The notes beneath the pieces were generated by a model. That model saw nothing but the letters and a program-made list of their open reading frames with translations. It had not been told where the DNA came from and did no database searches. From Schmidtea polychroa (lineage: Eukaryota), in contig CM097885.1 in the NCBI GenBank assembly GCA_044892525.1, positions 30,134,001-30,198,000 of the forward strand: a DNA stretch of 64,000 bases, given 5' to 3'. How positions within the stretch are numbered: the stretch's first letter is position 1; each line of letters begins with the position of its first letter. Positions 39,070 through 51,414 of this stretch are shown in pieces. The position numbers and the translations under genes are program-made.

Positions 39070-42000
39070 GTAAGTATATTGTTGACACAGAATGTTTGAA
39101 TTTGAATGCTTGTGATTTCAAGATTTCCGTAATGAATGAATTTAAAAATGATTTAAAAATTAATGATGTAATTATGAATGATTGTGAATGTTTTGACTTT
39201 GAAAATTATTTTGAATATAGTTTTTATGAAATTAATAACAAAATTGATAAGATTATGAGTATCGATATAATTAATAATAAAGTTAATGAAAATAAAGAAA
39301 GACCTTTTGCACCTAAATTCGTTTACGAAAGAATGAATGGCAGACCTAGTGTAGGTATTTGGCTGGAAAATAAAATAAAAGTTGATTGTCTTTTGGATAC
39401 CGGGGCTAGAATAAACGTGATTAGCGAAGATGTTGTTAGTAAATTAAAGATGCGTGATAAAATAGGGGAATCCAATATTATGGTTACATGTGCAAACGAG
39501 AGCACACTTAAAATCATAGGAACAATATTACTAAAAGTGAGAATTTCGGGATTGGAATTGGTAATAAGATTCTTTGTGGCAAATAAGATTAACCCGAGCG
39601 TAATTGCAGGCGTAGAAATGATGAATTGTTTTGATATTAAATTACAGGCAGTAACTAAAGTAAAATTAAAAAATCAATTAATGAATTTAGAGGAAAACAA
39701 TTTGAAAGGAATTATCGACCCAACGATTAATAAATTACTTAAAGAATTTTCGGATATATTCATGAAAAATAAATGGGATGTAGGAAAAACACAGTTAATT
39801 AAACATAAGATAGTTACTAGAGGTAGCCCAGTGACAATTAATCCTAGACGTCAGCCGATTCATATTGCTCACAAAATACAAGACATGCTAAAAGACATGG
39901 AAGAAGCAGGAATTATAAAAAAAAATGTGACTCGGTGTGGAATAGCCCATTGGTATGTGTGTTAAAAAAGAATAAATCAGATATTAGAATATGTTTGGAT
40001 TTTCGGGCACTAAATGCAATTACGGAGAGACCTCGATTTCCAATACCAAATATTGAAGAGATGATGGATATCCTAAATGGAGCACAGATATTTAGCACTA
40101 TCGATCTTGGTAATGCTTATTATCAAGTGGAATTAGAAGAGGAATCAAAAATAAAGACTGCATTTTCAACAAAAGATGGTCAATATTGTTTTAACCGAAT
40201 GCCTTTTGGAATTGCAGCTGCTCCAGCAACTTTTCAAAAATTAATGACTCAAGTTTTGGGTGATCTTAATTGGAGAGAAGCAATTGTTTATTTAGACGAT
40301 ATCCTTATATTTGCAGATAATGAAATCGAACATAAAAAAAGACTAGAAAGAGTTTTTCGAAAGATTCAAGAAGCTGGTTTGAAAATAAGCTTAGAAAAAT
40401 GTTGTTTTAACAAACTAGAAATAAAATTTTTGGGACACATTATAAATAAAAATGGTATTAAGACAGATTATGAAAAGATAAAAGCAATGCAAGAATATGA
40501 AAAACCAAAATGTATTAAACGTTTAAGAAGCTTTCTAGGCTTAACAAATTATTATCGAAAATTTGTTAAAGATTACGCCAAGTATGCAAGACCATTAGAA
40601 AGGTTATGTGGGTCTAACAAAGATAAACTTATATGGACTGAAGAATGTGAAACAAATTTCAACACGCTAAAGAAAGCGTTAACGTCTACCCCAGTACTAG
40701 GATTTCCGGATTTACGAAAAACCTTTATTTTAGATACAGATGCTAGTTTCGATACGATTGGGGGAGTGCTTTCGCAGTTGAGTAGTAATGGACAAGAACA
40801 AGTTATTGCATATGGATCAAAGACAATGAATAAGCACGAAATCGGTTACTGCATTACGCGAAAGGAATTGCTTGCAATCTATCATTTTACTCAGCATTTC
40901 AAACACTATCTATATGGAAAAAGATTTACTTTAAGAACCGATCATAAAGCTATAACCTTTATGATAAATACAAAAAAGCCAATTACAGCACAATTCCAGA
41001 CATGGATTAACTATTTAAGTGGGCTAGATATCAAATTAGAATACAGAAAAGGAGAATTGCATGCTAACGCAGATGCCCTATCAAGGAAAGACTGTACTTC
41101 ATGTAGTCAGTGCCAAACAGTTCATGAAAACGCCAAGGTAGATAAAAATAAAACTAAAATATTGGCCATAGAAAATATGGACCAAGAAATAAAAGTAAAT
41201 AATGAAGGTGTAATTTTTAATATACATAAAGACTTATGTCACGCAGGGGTAAAAAAAATTTACGAATATGCACGGAAAAATATGAAAATGAAAATTAGTG
41301 AAAATGAAGTTAGAAGAGTGATTGAAAATTGTGAACAGTGTCAGAAACGGAAGACGTGGACAAGACGAACAAAAGAACCGCTGATTAAACAGAGTACAGA
41401 TGAAGTTTTCAAAGAGATATTTATTGATTTCTGTGGACCATTTAAGAAAACAATTCATGGAAAACAATATATTTTAGCTATAATTGATCAATTCAGTAGG
41501 TATATATCATTGACGGCAGTTGCTCATCAGGATGAAAAGACGACGGCAAAGATTTTAAGAGAAAATTGGATTTTGAAATTTGGTGCCCCTAAAATAATTC
41601 ACTCCGATAGAGGAAAAACATTTGAATCTCAACTCCTTTTAGAAGTGTTGAAAACGCATCATATTACAATAATATATTCAAGCCCATATCATCATAGTAC
41701 AAACGGTTTAGTTGAGAGGCAATTTAGAACTATAAGGGATGCAATTGCAATTACGTTAAAAGACAAACGGCATAAAGATTGGGCAGAAATATTGCCAGAT
41801 GTTAAATGCTACGATACAGCAGACAACCGGATTTTCGCCCTCTGAAATAATATTTGGGCGGAATATTTGTAGACAATGGATGGAAAAAGAGAATTTGGAT
41901 ATACAAAATAATGATGCTAATAATCAGAGAAGGGAGATCGTGGAGGGAATTAAACATAAACAAAACATAGAAAAGAATTTAATTACACAAAATTATAGGA

Positions 42001-42188
42001 ATTTTGAAGTTGGAGACCAAGTATTGGTTAAAAAAGAAAATACTAGAAAGATGGATGAACGTTATGAAGGGCCTTATGAAATAACTGGAAAACGACATGA
42101 CAGAATCTATGTTCTAAAGAATAAGCAAGGCAAAGAAATAATTCGAAATGTAGAATGGATCAAAAGTTTTAAATGGAGGGGGATGTAA
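39003..42188 (+). pseudogene. pol (protease, RT, RNase H, integrase), frameshifted near 39920 and 41800
   Basis: LLDTGA, YLDDILI, DTDAS, NADALSR, HKDLCH...CEQC, IDFCGP, HSDRG, NGLVER, YEGPY. Confidence 0.93.
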
Positions 42189-42448
42189 GATGATATAATA
42201 ATTTCCAAAGAATTACTTACATAACCAGGTCACTAGACCTTTATATCTATTGAATGATGCATGAATGCTTGTATAACTAAATTAAGTAAGTATGTTTGTC
42301 TTCTGTGTCAACAGTATCACTTAAACTAATAATTCTCCCTTTTGTAGATTATGCAATTCAATGTACTATAAATAGTATAACGATTGTGTGTTCCGTTTAG
42401 ATTTTGTAGTGAATAAATATTTCTGTGAAACTATGTCTTTTTCTAACA
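42184..42448 (+). repeat. 3' LTR (265 bp)
   Basis: Follows the PPT; carries an extra CAGGTCACTAGACCTTTATATC. Confidence 0.95.
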
Positions 42449-42501
42449 ATACTTAATAAAAATAAAGGAAAATATATTAAAACAATCATTGAAAAAAACA
42501 A

Positions 42502-42623
42502 TTAGAATTCTATTGTTTCAGAAATTCTATCAAGGAGGTCCTCATTATTTGAAGTGTAAACCTTCATTAAAAGGTGTCTAAAATCACTATTGGCATCTGA
42601 TTTGATTGTTATATTATTTGTAA
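42502..42623 (-). pseudogene. 3' fragment (last ~40 codons) of the RING gene
   Basis: Matches 27433-27554 and 44448-44569 with a few substitutions; its 3' flank continues on the far side of the gypsy (37690-37753). Confidence 0.88.
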
Positions 42624-43045
42624 TGTTTCAAGAAGAGATAAAAAATTATAAAATTTTACAAAATAAAACTGTTCCCAAATAAACTTTATTTACATTTACT
42701 GTTTGAAAATGTTGTTCCATTTTGTAAAATTGTTCTTCGGAAAGCTTCAGCAATTTTCTGAATATCATTTGAAACTTTGAAAATAGCTGATTCTGATTGA
42801 TTGGCAGAAATTTCAACATTCATATATGATATTATGCTATTATAGTTTTTTCCACATATAACTCACGGTAGTGACGGCTTGTAATCAAAGATTTTGTGAA
42901 AGCAATAAAAAAATTCAAAAAAAGAATTTTATTTATATAAAAACTCAATTCTTCTTATTTTTCTACAAAATTCTTTAATTACTAAATCATAAAAATTGTC
43001 TTTAGTAGCCAAAAGTACTGTTTAAAAGATTAAAAATTTAAAATA

Positions 43046-44009
43046 CACCTAATTCCGAAAGTTAACATTGTTTATAATGCACGTTGGTGTGCACACCAGT
43101 TATGGTGACTCACCATTTGTGTGACATTTGTGTGTAATTTCATTTTTTCAATTTTTCAAAAAACGTTTTCAGGTAAGTTTTTGAATTTTAAGTAACTTTT
43201 AAGATTTGAATTTTGATTTTATATAATTATGAGATCATTATTCAAGTTCTTAAATATTACCTTTAGCCAACATTTAAAAAACAACATTAAAAAAAACAAC
43301 ATTTATAATATAAAATATTGATAATTAAATTTCAGGTGTTTTTTAGGAATTTTATGAATTTATTTGGAATTATTTCTATAAAATGTAAGATAGATATATT
43401 TTTAACTAAAAATACATAAAGTAATTACCGAAGACATTAATATTTTTAATACAAATAGGAAAGAAGCAACGTACATGGATAAAATAGTTATTTTAAATTT
43501 AAGCCGAATTTTGTCTTTTTCTGTAATTCTATGAATTGATTAATTTCTTTTTAATTTAATATTTTGTATTTTAATGAATTAATCTTACATTGTCAGATCT
43601 TCACCTTGGCAAAAAGGTAGCATTTCCAGAGAAATATATGAAAATCTAAAGAAATATTAACTTCAAAAATATTTTATAAATAGATCTTACAATGTTTTAT
43701 CGTCTCTTTTTCTACAGACCAAAGTAGAGTTGTCCGATTCTAGATAAAAGAAATTTTCCCCCATCATTTTAAAATTTATTAAAATTAATAACATATTAAC
43801 AATATGTTAATCAATGTTTAATTTCGGAAAAAAACACTATATTAATTTTGTATGCTTAATTATTTTTCTCTCTTTTTTAGATTCCTATAATAAATATGTT
43901 AACTTTCGAGGCATTAAATCTTTACACACAGGTAAGTTTGTGTGTTCCTATAATATAAATTTATTGATTTTTTAAGATTATAGGCTATGTTAACTTTCGG
44001 AATTAGGTG
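43046..44009 (-). mobile_element. CACC-ended Tc1/IS630-like transposon (copy A3)
   Basis: Perfect 23-bp TIRs CACCTAATTCCGAAAGTTAACAT / ATGTTAACTTTCGGAATTAGGTG; TA flanks; homologous exons. Confidence 0.9.
43191..43260 (+). ncRNA. Candidate bantam-family pre-miRNA hairpin 5 (3p product 43230-43251)
   Basis: Identical 22-mer; intron GTAAGT(43173)...TTTCAG(43335). Confidence 0.68.
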
Positions 44010-44447
44010 TATATAATTTCTCAAAATTGAAGTGCAAGCAATACTTGCATTGCTTATATGGGTGGGCCGCCACTGACTCACGGGCTATTCTAGCACCTTT
44101 TCCTGTCCACTATATATATATATATATTTCAAATTTTTCCACCGAATTTAACTTACCGTATATCAAATGTTTTTTACCGGTTTGATTAGAATTCGTGGTT
44201 TAAATGAAGGTGTGACAGATACCAACCTGCAAGGTATTTACGGGAAAAATACAGTAGTTGACAAAAAAGATTAAATTGTAAGTATAATAAAAAACTTAAT
44301 CCAAAACTTAAGACCAGAACAATAATGAAAAATAATACGTTTGATAATTTCAAAATCTACTCACTCAAAATCAAAACATTTAATAAAATGTAATCAAACT
44401 TAATCAAAATAAAGGAAAATTTATTAAAACAAACATTGAAAAAACAA

Positions 44448-45077
44448 TTAGAATTCTATTGTTTCAGCAATTCTATCAAGGAGGTCCTCATTATTTGAAG
44501 TGTAAACCTTCATTGAAAGGTGTCTAAAATCACTATTGGAATCTGATTTGATTGTTATATTATTTGTAAGGTGATGAAAGGACTGGATTAGATTTAATTT
44601 CAATTTTGTTTTATATTCGTCTTTTGTTTCAGTTACTGCATTATTGTTGTCAATAAATACTGACATAAATGTTGAGTTTTCAATTGTCAAATCCAGTTGC
44701 ATTGGGACAATTGTTTTGACTTGGAATATATGAACGGTAGTTCCAATGTACGCATTGTCCACGGAATGTCGGAATAAAAAGATCCTGTATTGTTTAGTAA
44801 TCTTCCACTGGACAATTGTTTGTACCACAACATTTGGCTGAATTTCATTTTCATATCTGAAGTTATTGAAAGGTGTCCTGTCTAAAGGACACTTTGAGAT
44901 TCGGTTTTGAAATATTAAAGACAGGAGACATTTGTGATGAAAGAAATGGGTTTCACAACAGGAGGGAGAAACTATTAATGATAACTCATCAAAACTCTCA
45001 TAACAAATTGTGCATAAATTGTCTTCTTTCACGATATTATTGCAATTGTGATGTATTTGACTCAGTTGACAGCTCAT
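44448..45077 (-). CDS. RING-H2 finger protein, copy 2
   Basis: Protein identical to 27433-28062; I see one synonymous difference. Confidence 0.8.
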   Translation of the reverse strand: MSCQLSQIHHNCNNIVKEDNLCTICYESFDELSLIVSPSCCETHFFHHKCLLSLIFQNRISKCPLDRTPFNNFRYENEIQPNVVVQTIVQWKITKQYRIFLFRHSVDNAYIGTTVHIFQVKTIVPMQLDLTIENSTFMSVFIDNNNAVTETKDEYKTKLKLNLIQSFHHLTNNITIKSDSNSDFRHLSMKVYTSNNEDLLDRIAETIEF

Positions 45078-45274
45078 TGAAAATTTTAAAAATAATTATA
45101 ATTAAATTTATTTAAAAATAATTTCTTATATAGATCGAGTGATGATTTAATGAAATTAAAATTCCTTTTTTTACGGAATTTTTTCATCAGAAAATTGTTT
45201 CCTTAATTTTTAAAAATAAAAAAATTAATAAATTAATAATTTTATATATATATATATATATAGATAGTATTGTT

Positions 45275-47458
45275 TAGAGTTGGGTTTCGAGAATTTCCCA
45301 ATGGGAATTCTCGAGAAATTTTCGAGATTTTCCATCCCGAATCTCGAGAATTTAAATTCTTAACATTTCGGGAATTTATTTTTTCAATAGTTCTATAATT
45401 ACGTCTTAAACAAATCATAGCAAAATTGGCGGCAAAAGAAGGGAATTTCAATCAACGCTATAACAAAAAGTGAGTTCATGCATCGGTTCTTTGGAATTCC
45501 GTCTTCCAAAATGTCACAAAGCTGTTCTTCGTTTGGTCATGAACTACTGTGGACCATCAAATGTGATTTGAGGAATAAAATTGCAAATTTAAAATCGGAA
45601 CAACGTAAGTTTAGCTTGAGCATAGACGAGTGGACAAGCGTTCGAAACCGACGTTACATGAACGTTCATATCTATTATGACGACGGAGAATCTGACAACC
45701 TTAGGCTTGTGCGAATTCAGGGATCATGTCCCTCAGAAAAAGTATATGAGCTCTTAGATGCAAATCTTTCAGACTTCAATTTGAACTTCCAGTCGGACAT
45801 CGTCTCTATTACAAGTGATGGTACCAATGTGATGATCAAATTCGGGAAACTATCACCAGCGCATCAACAGTTATGCTAAATTCACGACATACACTTGGCA
45901 GTTATGGAGGTAATGTATCAGAAACGAAAACGTACAAACAGGATATACGAAAGTGATGTAAGCGATGGAACCACCAATGTTGAAAATAATAATCAAAACG
46001 ATTTAGATTGAGGTGAGGATTCGGATGAGGAAGGCAGTCGAAGCGATGAAGATGAAGACAATTCAGCCAATACGCCTCCTTCCTGGGAAAACGATTCTAA
46101 TAGCATGGATGATGATGTCATATTCGTTTCTGATAAGACGGTCACTTTAAAGTCGGATTTTGAAATCGTATGCATAGTCCGAAAGATTGTTTTGAAATTC
46201 AAGAACTCGCCGGTACGAAATGCTCTATTGCAGAGTTATGTTAAAGAAGTTGAGAAGAGCTTTTCTTGCTATTGGATTATAAGACACGTTAGAACAGCTT
46301 TGAATTGATGCTGATGAGGTACACTCGCATCAGCAAGCACGTTCGTAGGGCACTTGACACGCTCAATTTAACGGTTATGGCAACTACTGATGCAGAAGAA
46401 AAGCATTGTGAGAATATCATTAATGCTCTAAAACCTATTCGTTTTGCTGTCGAAGCTCTCAGCCGCCAAAATGTGAACTTACTTGCAGCGGATTTTATTC
46501 TTAAAGATTTGTTCACAAAATTGGAGAATCAGCACACCGAATTATGCAACGAGTTTCTATCCAGCCTTAAAAGAAAACTAGCAGATCATAGATCTAGCCT
46601 TTTATTATCTGTCTTTAAATATTTGCAAGATCCGGTAAACAGCGGTTGCGATCGTGATAAATCTGCATTCTTCCAGATGTGTTCCAAAATAGAATTAATT
46701 AAAGAAGCCAAAGCGTACCTGGTTCATCTTTTTTCTACAAGCATTAAAGAAGAGCAAGCAGTTTCTGATTCTGCCAATGATGCCGTGATTGTGAACAACA
46801 GCGTTGAAGAAGAAGATATGGCGAAACAACTTGAAAACTATGTCCAGCAATGCTCAAAACCAAAAGAAAACATTGCATAACATGCGTCAAACGAACTTTT
46901 TCCGTCGTTTAAAAACGAACTAAATATATATGAAAAAAGTGGACAGAAAACACAAAACGTTCCAAAGACTGATCTGGGCTTTTAATACAATTAAGCCAAC
47001 TTCGACTCAAAATGAGCGCAATTTTTCTACGTCGGGGAATTTTGTTTCGCAAAAGCGTACGCGATTTTGTCAGACGCAGCTATTGACAGTCTGTGTTTTC
47101 TGAAATTTTATTTTAGTAAATAATATTTTTGAATTATTTTTGTTTTTGTGCTATATTCTATTTTGTTTTTATAAGTATGTTTTGAATTATTTTTGTTTTA
47201 ATACTTTATTCTATTTTAATAATAATGTTTTGAACTATTTTTGTTTGACTACTTCTATTTTGTTTACAACCTTTTACGACTTTAATTACTTTAATTTATT
47301 GTTTACTACTTCTTATTTAAATAAAAAACATATTTTTTCGAATTTCTTTTTTTTACAGGTTTTCTAAATTTTCTCGATTTCTCGAGAATTCTATAGAATT
47401 TGTTTCGGGAAATCCCGAATCTCGAGAATGTGATTTTCTTGGGAAATACCTAACTCTA
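45275..47458 (+). mobile_element. hAT element (Ac/hobo-like) with decayed transposase
   Basis: TIRs TAGAGTTGGGT / ACCTAACTCTA; 8-bp TSD GTATTGTT; subterminal CTCGAGAA repeats; peptides FSLSIDEWTSVRNRRYMNV, ITSDG and IKPTSTQNERNFS. Confidence 0.92.
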
Positions 47459-48166
47459 GTATTGTTTCTGACTCTTCGTGATCTTGCACATTTCTATATA
47501 AATTCAATAATGTAAGTAACCCGATTTGAGACCGCCTTTTTATAAGATTTTGAATATAATAGTAATGTATTATATATTTTTTAATTTTTGAATTTTAATT
47601 AGGGTTTGTGATATACTGTTATTTTTACCATTATGTACGTTACAAAAAAGTAAAAATTATATAGTGTAATTTACTATAGTAAATTATCACTATAGAAAAA
47701 TTACAAAATACAAATAAAAAGTCGATAAAAAATTACAATACTATAAAACTATAGAATTTTAATATTTTACTGAACAACCGAAGAATTAGAAGATTTTTAT
47801 ATTTTCTGAACAATCGAAAAGAATAATTAAAAACAAAGAAGACAGATAGACTAATAAAAGGATAAATACTAAAACAATCAACATCAATCAATAAAATCTT
47901 CCGAAAATTAATCATAAAATTTATTTAAAATATCTTTTGTATTCAGAGACAATTGATATACTATTTTATCCAAATCCTGATAATCAGTGTCGTCTAATAC
48001 TTATAGAACTAATTACAAGATATCAAAGTTCAGTTCAAGTTCTACAATAATAACTTAAAACTCGCTCAATTACAACCAAACCAATTTCAATTATAACTTA
48101 TAAATTTCCTGATTAAATAACTGGAGAAAGTACAACGAAGAATTCCCAATTTTTGTTAATAAAATT

Positions 48167-48441
48167 GTAATAATTATTATTTGTGATTTTATATCTTTGT
48201 CAATATACATACAAGCACTCCGACTGTTCCGTCACATTTATTTTACTGGAGACGCTGTCGGGCTCTACAGACTTTCCTTACACATCAAATTACAAGTACT
48301 CACAATCACAACTGATAACAAGATCACAATAAATAACTAATAAATAGCTAATAACTACAAGACTATAACTATAATATAATTGGTGTCAGAAACAAACACA
48401 ACAACACTCACATTCAAAATTATTATTATTAATATTATCAA

Positions 48442-48516
<75 letters not shown>

Positions 48517-49400
48517 CTGACATTTTTTTAATCTACAACAGTACAAATTTTATTGGTGAGCTTCATCTCTTCTTATATTCATGTTTCTCTTTATTTCAAA
48601 GAGACGAGTAAAGGATTCAGTAGGGTTGCAGGCGTTAAGAATTTCGGAAGGGTGATTTTATGTAAAAATTTGTAAAAAATTATAAAAATGATATCATATA
48701 ATGTGACAATGGTGAACTTATATAAAAATTTATAAATGAATACAAATGTAAATAATATAAATAAATATAAAAATTATGTAATATATATAAAATACGACTC
48801 CCCTGTTAATCTCGACTTTTTTCCGGCTTGATGTTGATTTCTTTGCTTTTCGTTATTCTAAAGTTTTTGGCAATTCTTGTGGTCCATAGTGCTGTACAAT
48901 AGCCTCTAACACTAATGTTTCGAGATCTATTGTTTTTGAGAGTTAAATTGGCAGCAATTTATTTGTCTTATCGAATTCGTTTGGTTGAGAATTATTTGTC
49001 CATGAATCGTCGGGATTCAGAATGCAAACATCGATACAAATGCCATGATCTGTGCTGTTGACACTCCATTCATCATTGACATGAAATACGAACTGTCCGG
49101 CATTCCAGTACGAACTACAATAAATTGTCCAGAAAATTCCAAAGACTATTATTCAATGAACTATTTATTTTAAACATACGTTTAAAGTAGCAAAGCGATT
49201 TAATGAAACCGCCAGACAATTTGACACAGTTTACGAGAGAATTACTTCCATTGATCAATTTCTATATATTTTCATGAATTTTCGTCTTGAAAAAATACTG
49301 TAGGTAGCCATATTTAGACGAAAAAATTGATGATGGAATATCGAAATTCATATCGGTTGTGTAAATGTATTCCTTTTTCAGCACTTCTGACACCAATTAT
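48167..49400. mobile_element. Two facing LTR-retrotransposon relics
   Basis: Plus-strand LTR-like segment ending in PBS-like TGGTGTCAGAA (~48381); minus-strand TGGTGTCAGAAGTG (~49382-49395) followed by GC-richer decayed sequence; a (TTA)n tract lies between. Confidence 0.45.
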
Positions 49401-50699
49401 CGTAACTATGAAAACTTTATAATTAATAACTCCAAAAATTTATTAATTATAAAATTGTGATGTCGATATCTGAATCCCATCTGAAGCTGTAGTCAATCCA
49501 TTTTTATTCTGTGTGTTAAAAGTTATTTCTCTTAATTGAGTTTTTGTTCATTTGAACCTTTCAATAAAAATCTTTTCCTTAACATCCAGTGTGTTTTTAA
49601 AGATTAAAATAAAAATTGTCCGAAATTTTATCACTTTGTAAAATTTATTTTCATTTATATTTCAACCTGTAAAAATATTTATTAAATATGCAAAATTTAC
49701 TTCTAAATTTATAATTTTAATTAAAATATTTATTAATGAGTATTTCTAAATTTAAATTGGAATTGATAATGATGTTTCTAATTATTAAAACTTTAAAATA
49801 AAATATTTTCTAAATTTATTCATAATAAATTTATTAATTAATAAATATTGTAATTATTGACATCTAATACTTTTTGGGGGTTTGAGTCAATTATCGGATT
49901 CAAATTTTAAAGTAAATTTATTTTTGTGGATTAATTGCATATTAATTTATATGACATCCAATGGATCTGTAGAAATATTGTTTAAAATATCTCAAGAGGA
50001 AATAAACAAACAATTAAAAATTCTTTCTTCATTTCATCTTTCCAATTAATGATAAAAAGGAAATTATTAGTTTGTTTTTATATTTTTACTATTTTCCAAT
50101 ATTTAGAATTAAATAATATTTTAAATAAATAAAAGCAGACATTAAACTTGAATTTCTAAATAAATATTCCATTAGAACTTTGATTTCAAACGATTTCAAG
50201 TCATTTTTAATCATACAGTTGATAGAGAATTTTGAGATTTTTCAGTGGTTAATTATAAATTAAATTGTAATTTAATTATAAAAATAAATTTATTTATTTG
50301 GTATTATTATTTTCTAGATAAATTTAAAAATTTAATTGTTAGTAGATGAAATCATTTTTTGAGACAATTTTGAAGGGCAAAAAGGTGTTATTATATTATA
50401 ATAGTGATGGGAACATATGACATGCCTAAACATTTTTGGTGACACGCTTTCTTCATGGACAGTCATCGCCCAAGAACAGGATTTACAGAATTAAATGATT
50501 TGCTGTCAGTTGTAACAAAAATAGTGAATTTAATAACTGATCGACCCATTCGCATGTGCGAATTTTCTGTAATGATAATTACGGTGCATTTAATATTGTT
50601 GAACCTTTTAAATCTCATGTTTTAGCTATTTTTTATTCGAAAGTATTTTAAGATCTTAAGTTTTTGGTCGTGAAATTATTAATTTATTCTAACATGTTT

Positions 50700-50864
50700 C
50701 AAATAATAACAAAATCTTTAAAATCACATAAATGTGTAAAGGAATAAATCTCAAACCTCAATAAGTTTAGTGTCTGGTTTAATGTATAAGATCTCATGTA
50801 ATGAGTGCAATGTCGCATACAATGGAGAGATTTCCTGTCATCTTCACACACGGGTTTAGGAACA
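50700..50864 (+). mobile_element. Penelope-like GIY-YIG remnant
   Basis: SGLMYKISCNECNVAYNGEISCHLHTRV*EH, cut by the TA insertion at 50865. Confidence 0.65.
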
Positions 50865-50927
50865 TACACCAAACACCACTGAAAACCATTTCCTATAATA
50901 TAACAAAAAAATCAATAATCTTACATT

Positions 50928-51276
50928 CAGTGGCGTACCAAGGATTTCTGGGGCCCTTGTGCGGATTTTGGGACGCACAAAATATTTGTCGAACGAAGTG
51001 ATCCGAGGAACCAAACCATAGGCATAATTTAATAGATGAATGGGTGTGACATATGTGGTTTACAACTATATCCAATATAGATTCCTAATAATATTAAATG
51101 TATAAACCGTCCAAACTGTGGTTGCTGTCTTAATAAAAACAAAACAAACGCCAAAGCGATGCTTGGTTTGATGACAATCGGGGAATTTATAATGCTCGAA
51201 CGTATAAATTTTACTAATTTTTCGTCCTGGGCCCTTGTGCCGTGCACAACCTGCACAACCTATTGCTACGCCACTG
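50928..51276. mobile_element. hAT-type MITE
   Basis: TIRs CAGTGGCGTA / TACGCCACTG; TSD CTTACATT; the empty site is visible in the paralog at ~35987. Confidence 0.92.
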
Positions 51277-51414
51277 CTTACATTATAGAAACATACATAC
51301 TTACTTTGATTTCACGTTGATGTTCTCATTTATAGCTCAATGAGATACATCTTATATTATAGAAATCTGAAAAGTGGAAGAAAAATTAAAAACTGCACAC
51401 AAACGCAACACATA

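Larger units (their letters stand above)
37754..42448 (+). mobile_element. Full-length Ty3/gypsy LTR retrotransposon (4.7 kb)
   Basis: TG...CA LTRs at 37754-37996 and 42184-42448; 5-bp TSD ATACT; PBS TGGCGACCACGCCAGGA; PPT AAATGGAGGGGGA; order gag-PR-RT-RH-IN. Confidence 0.97.
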
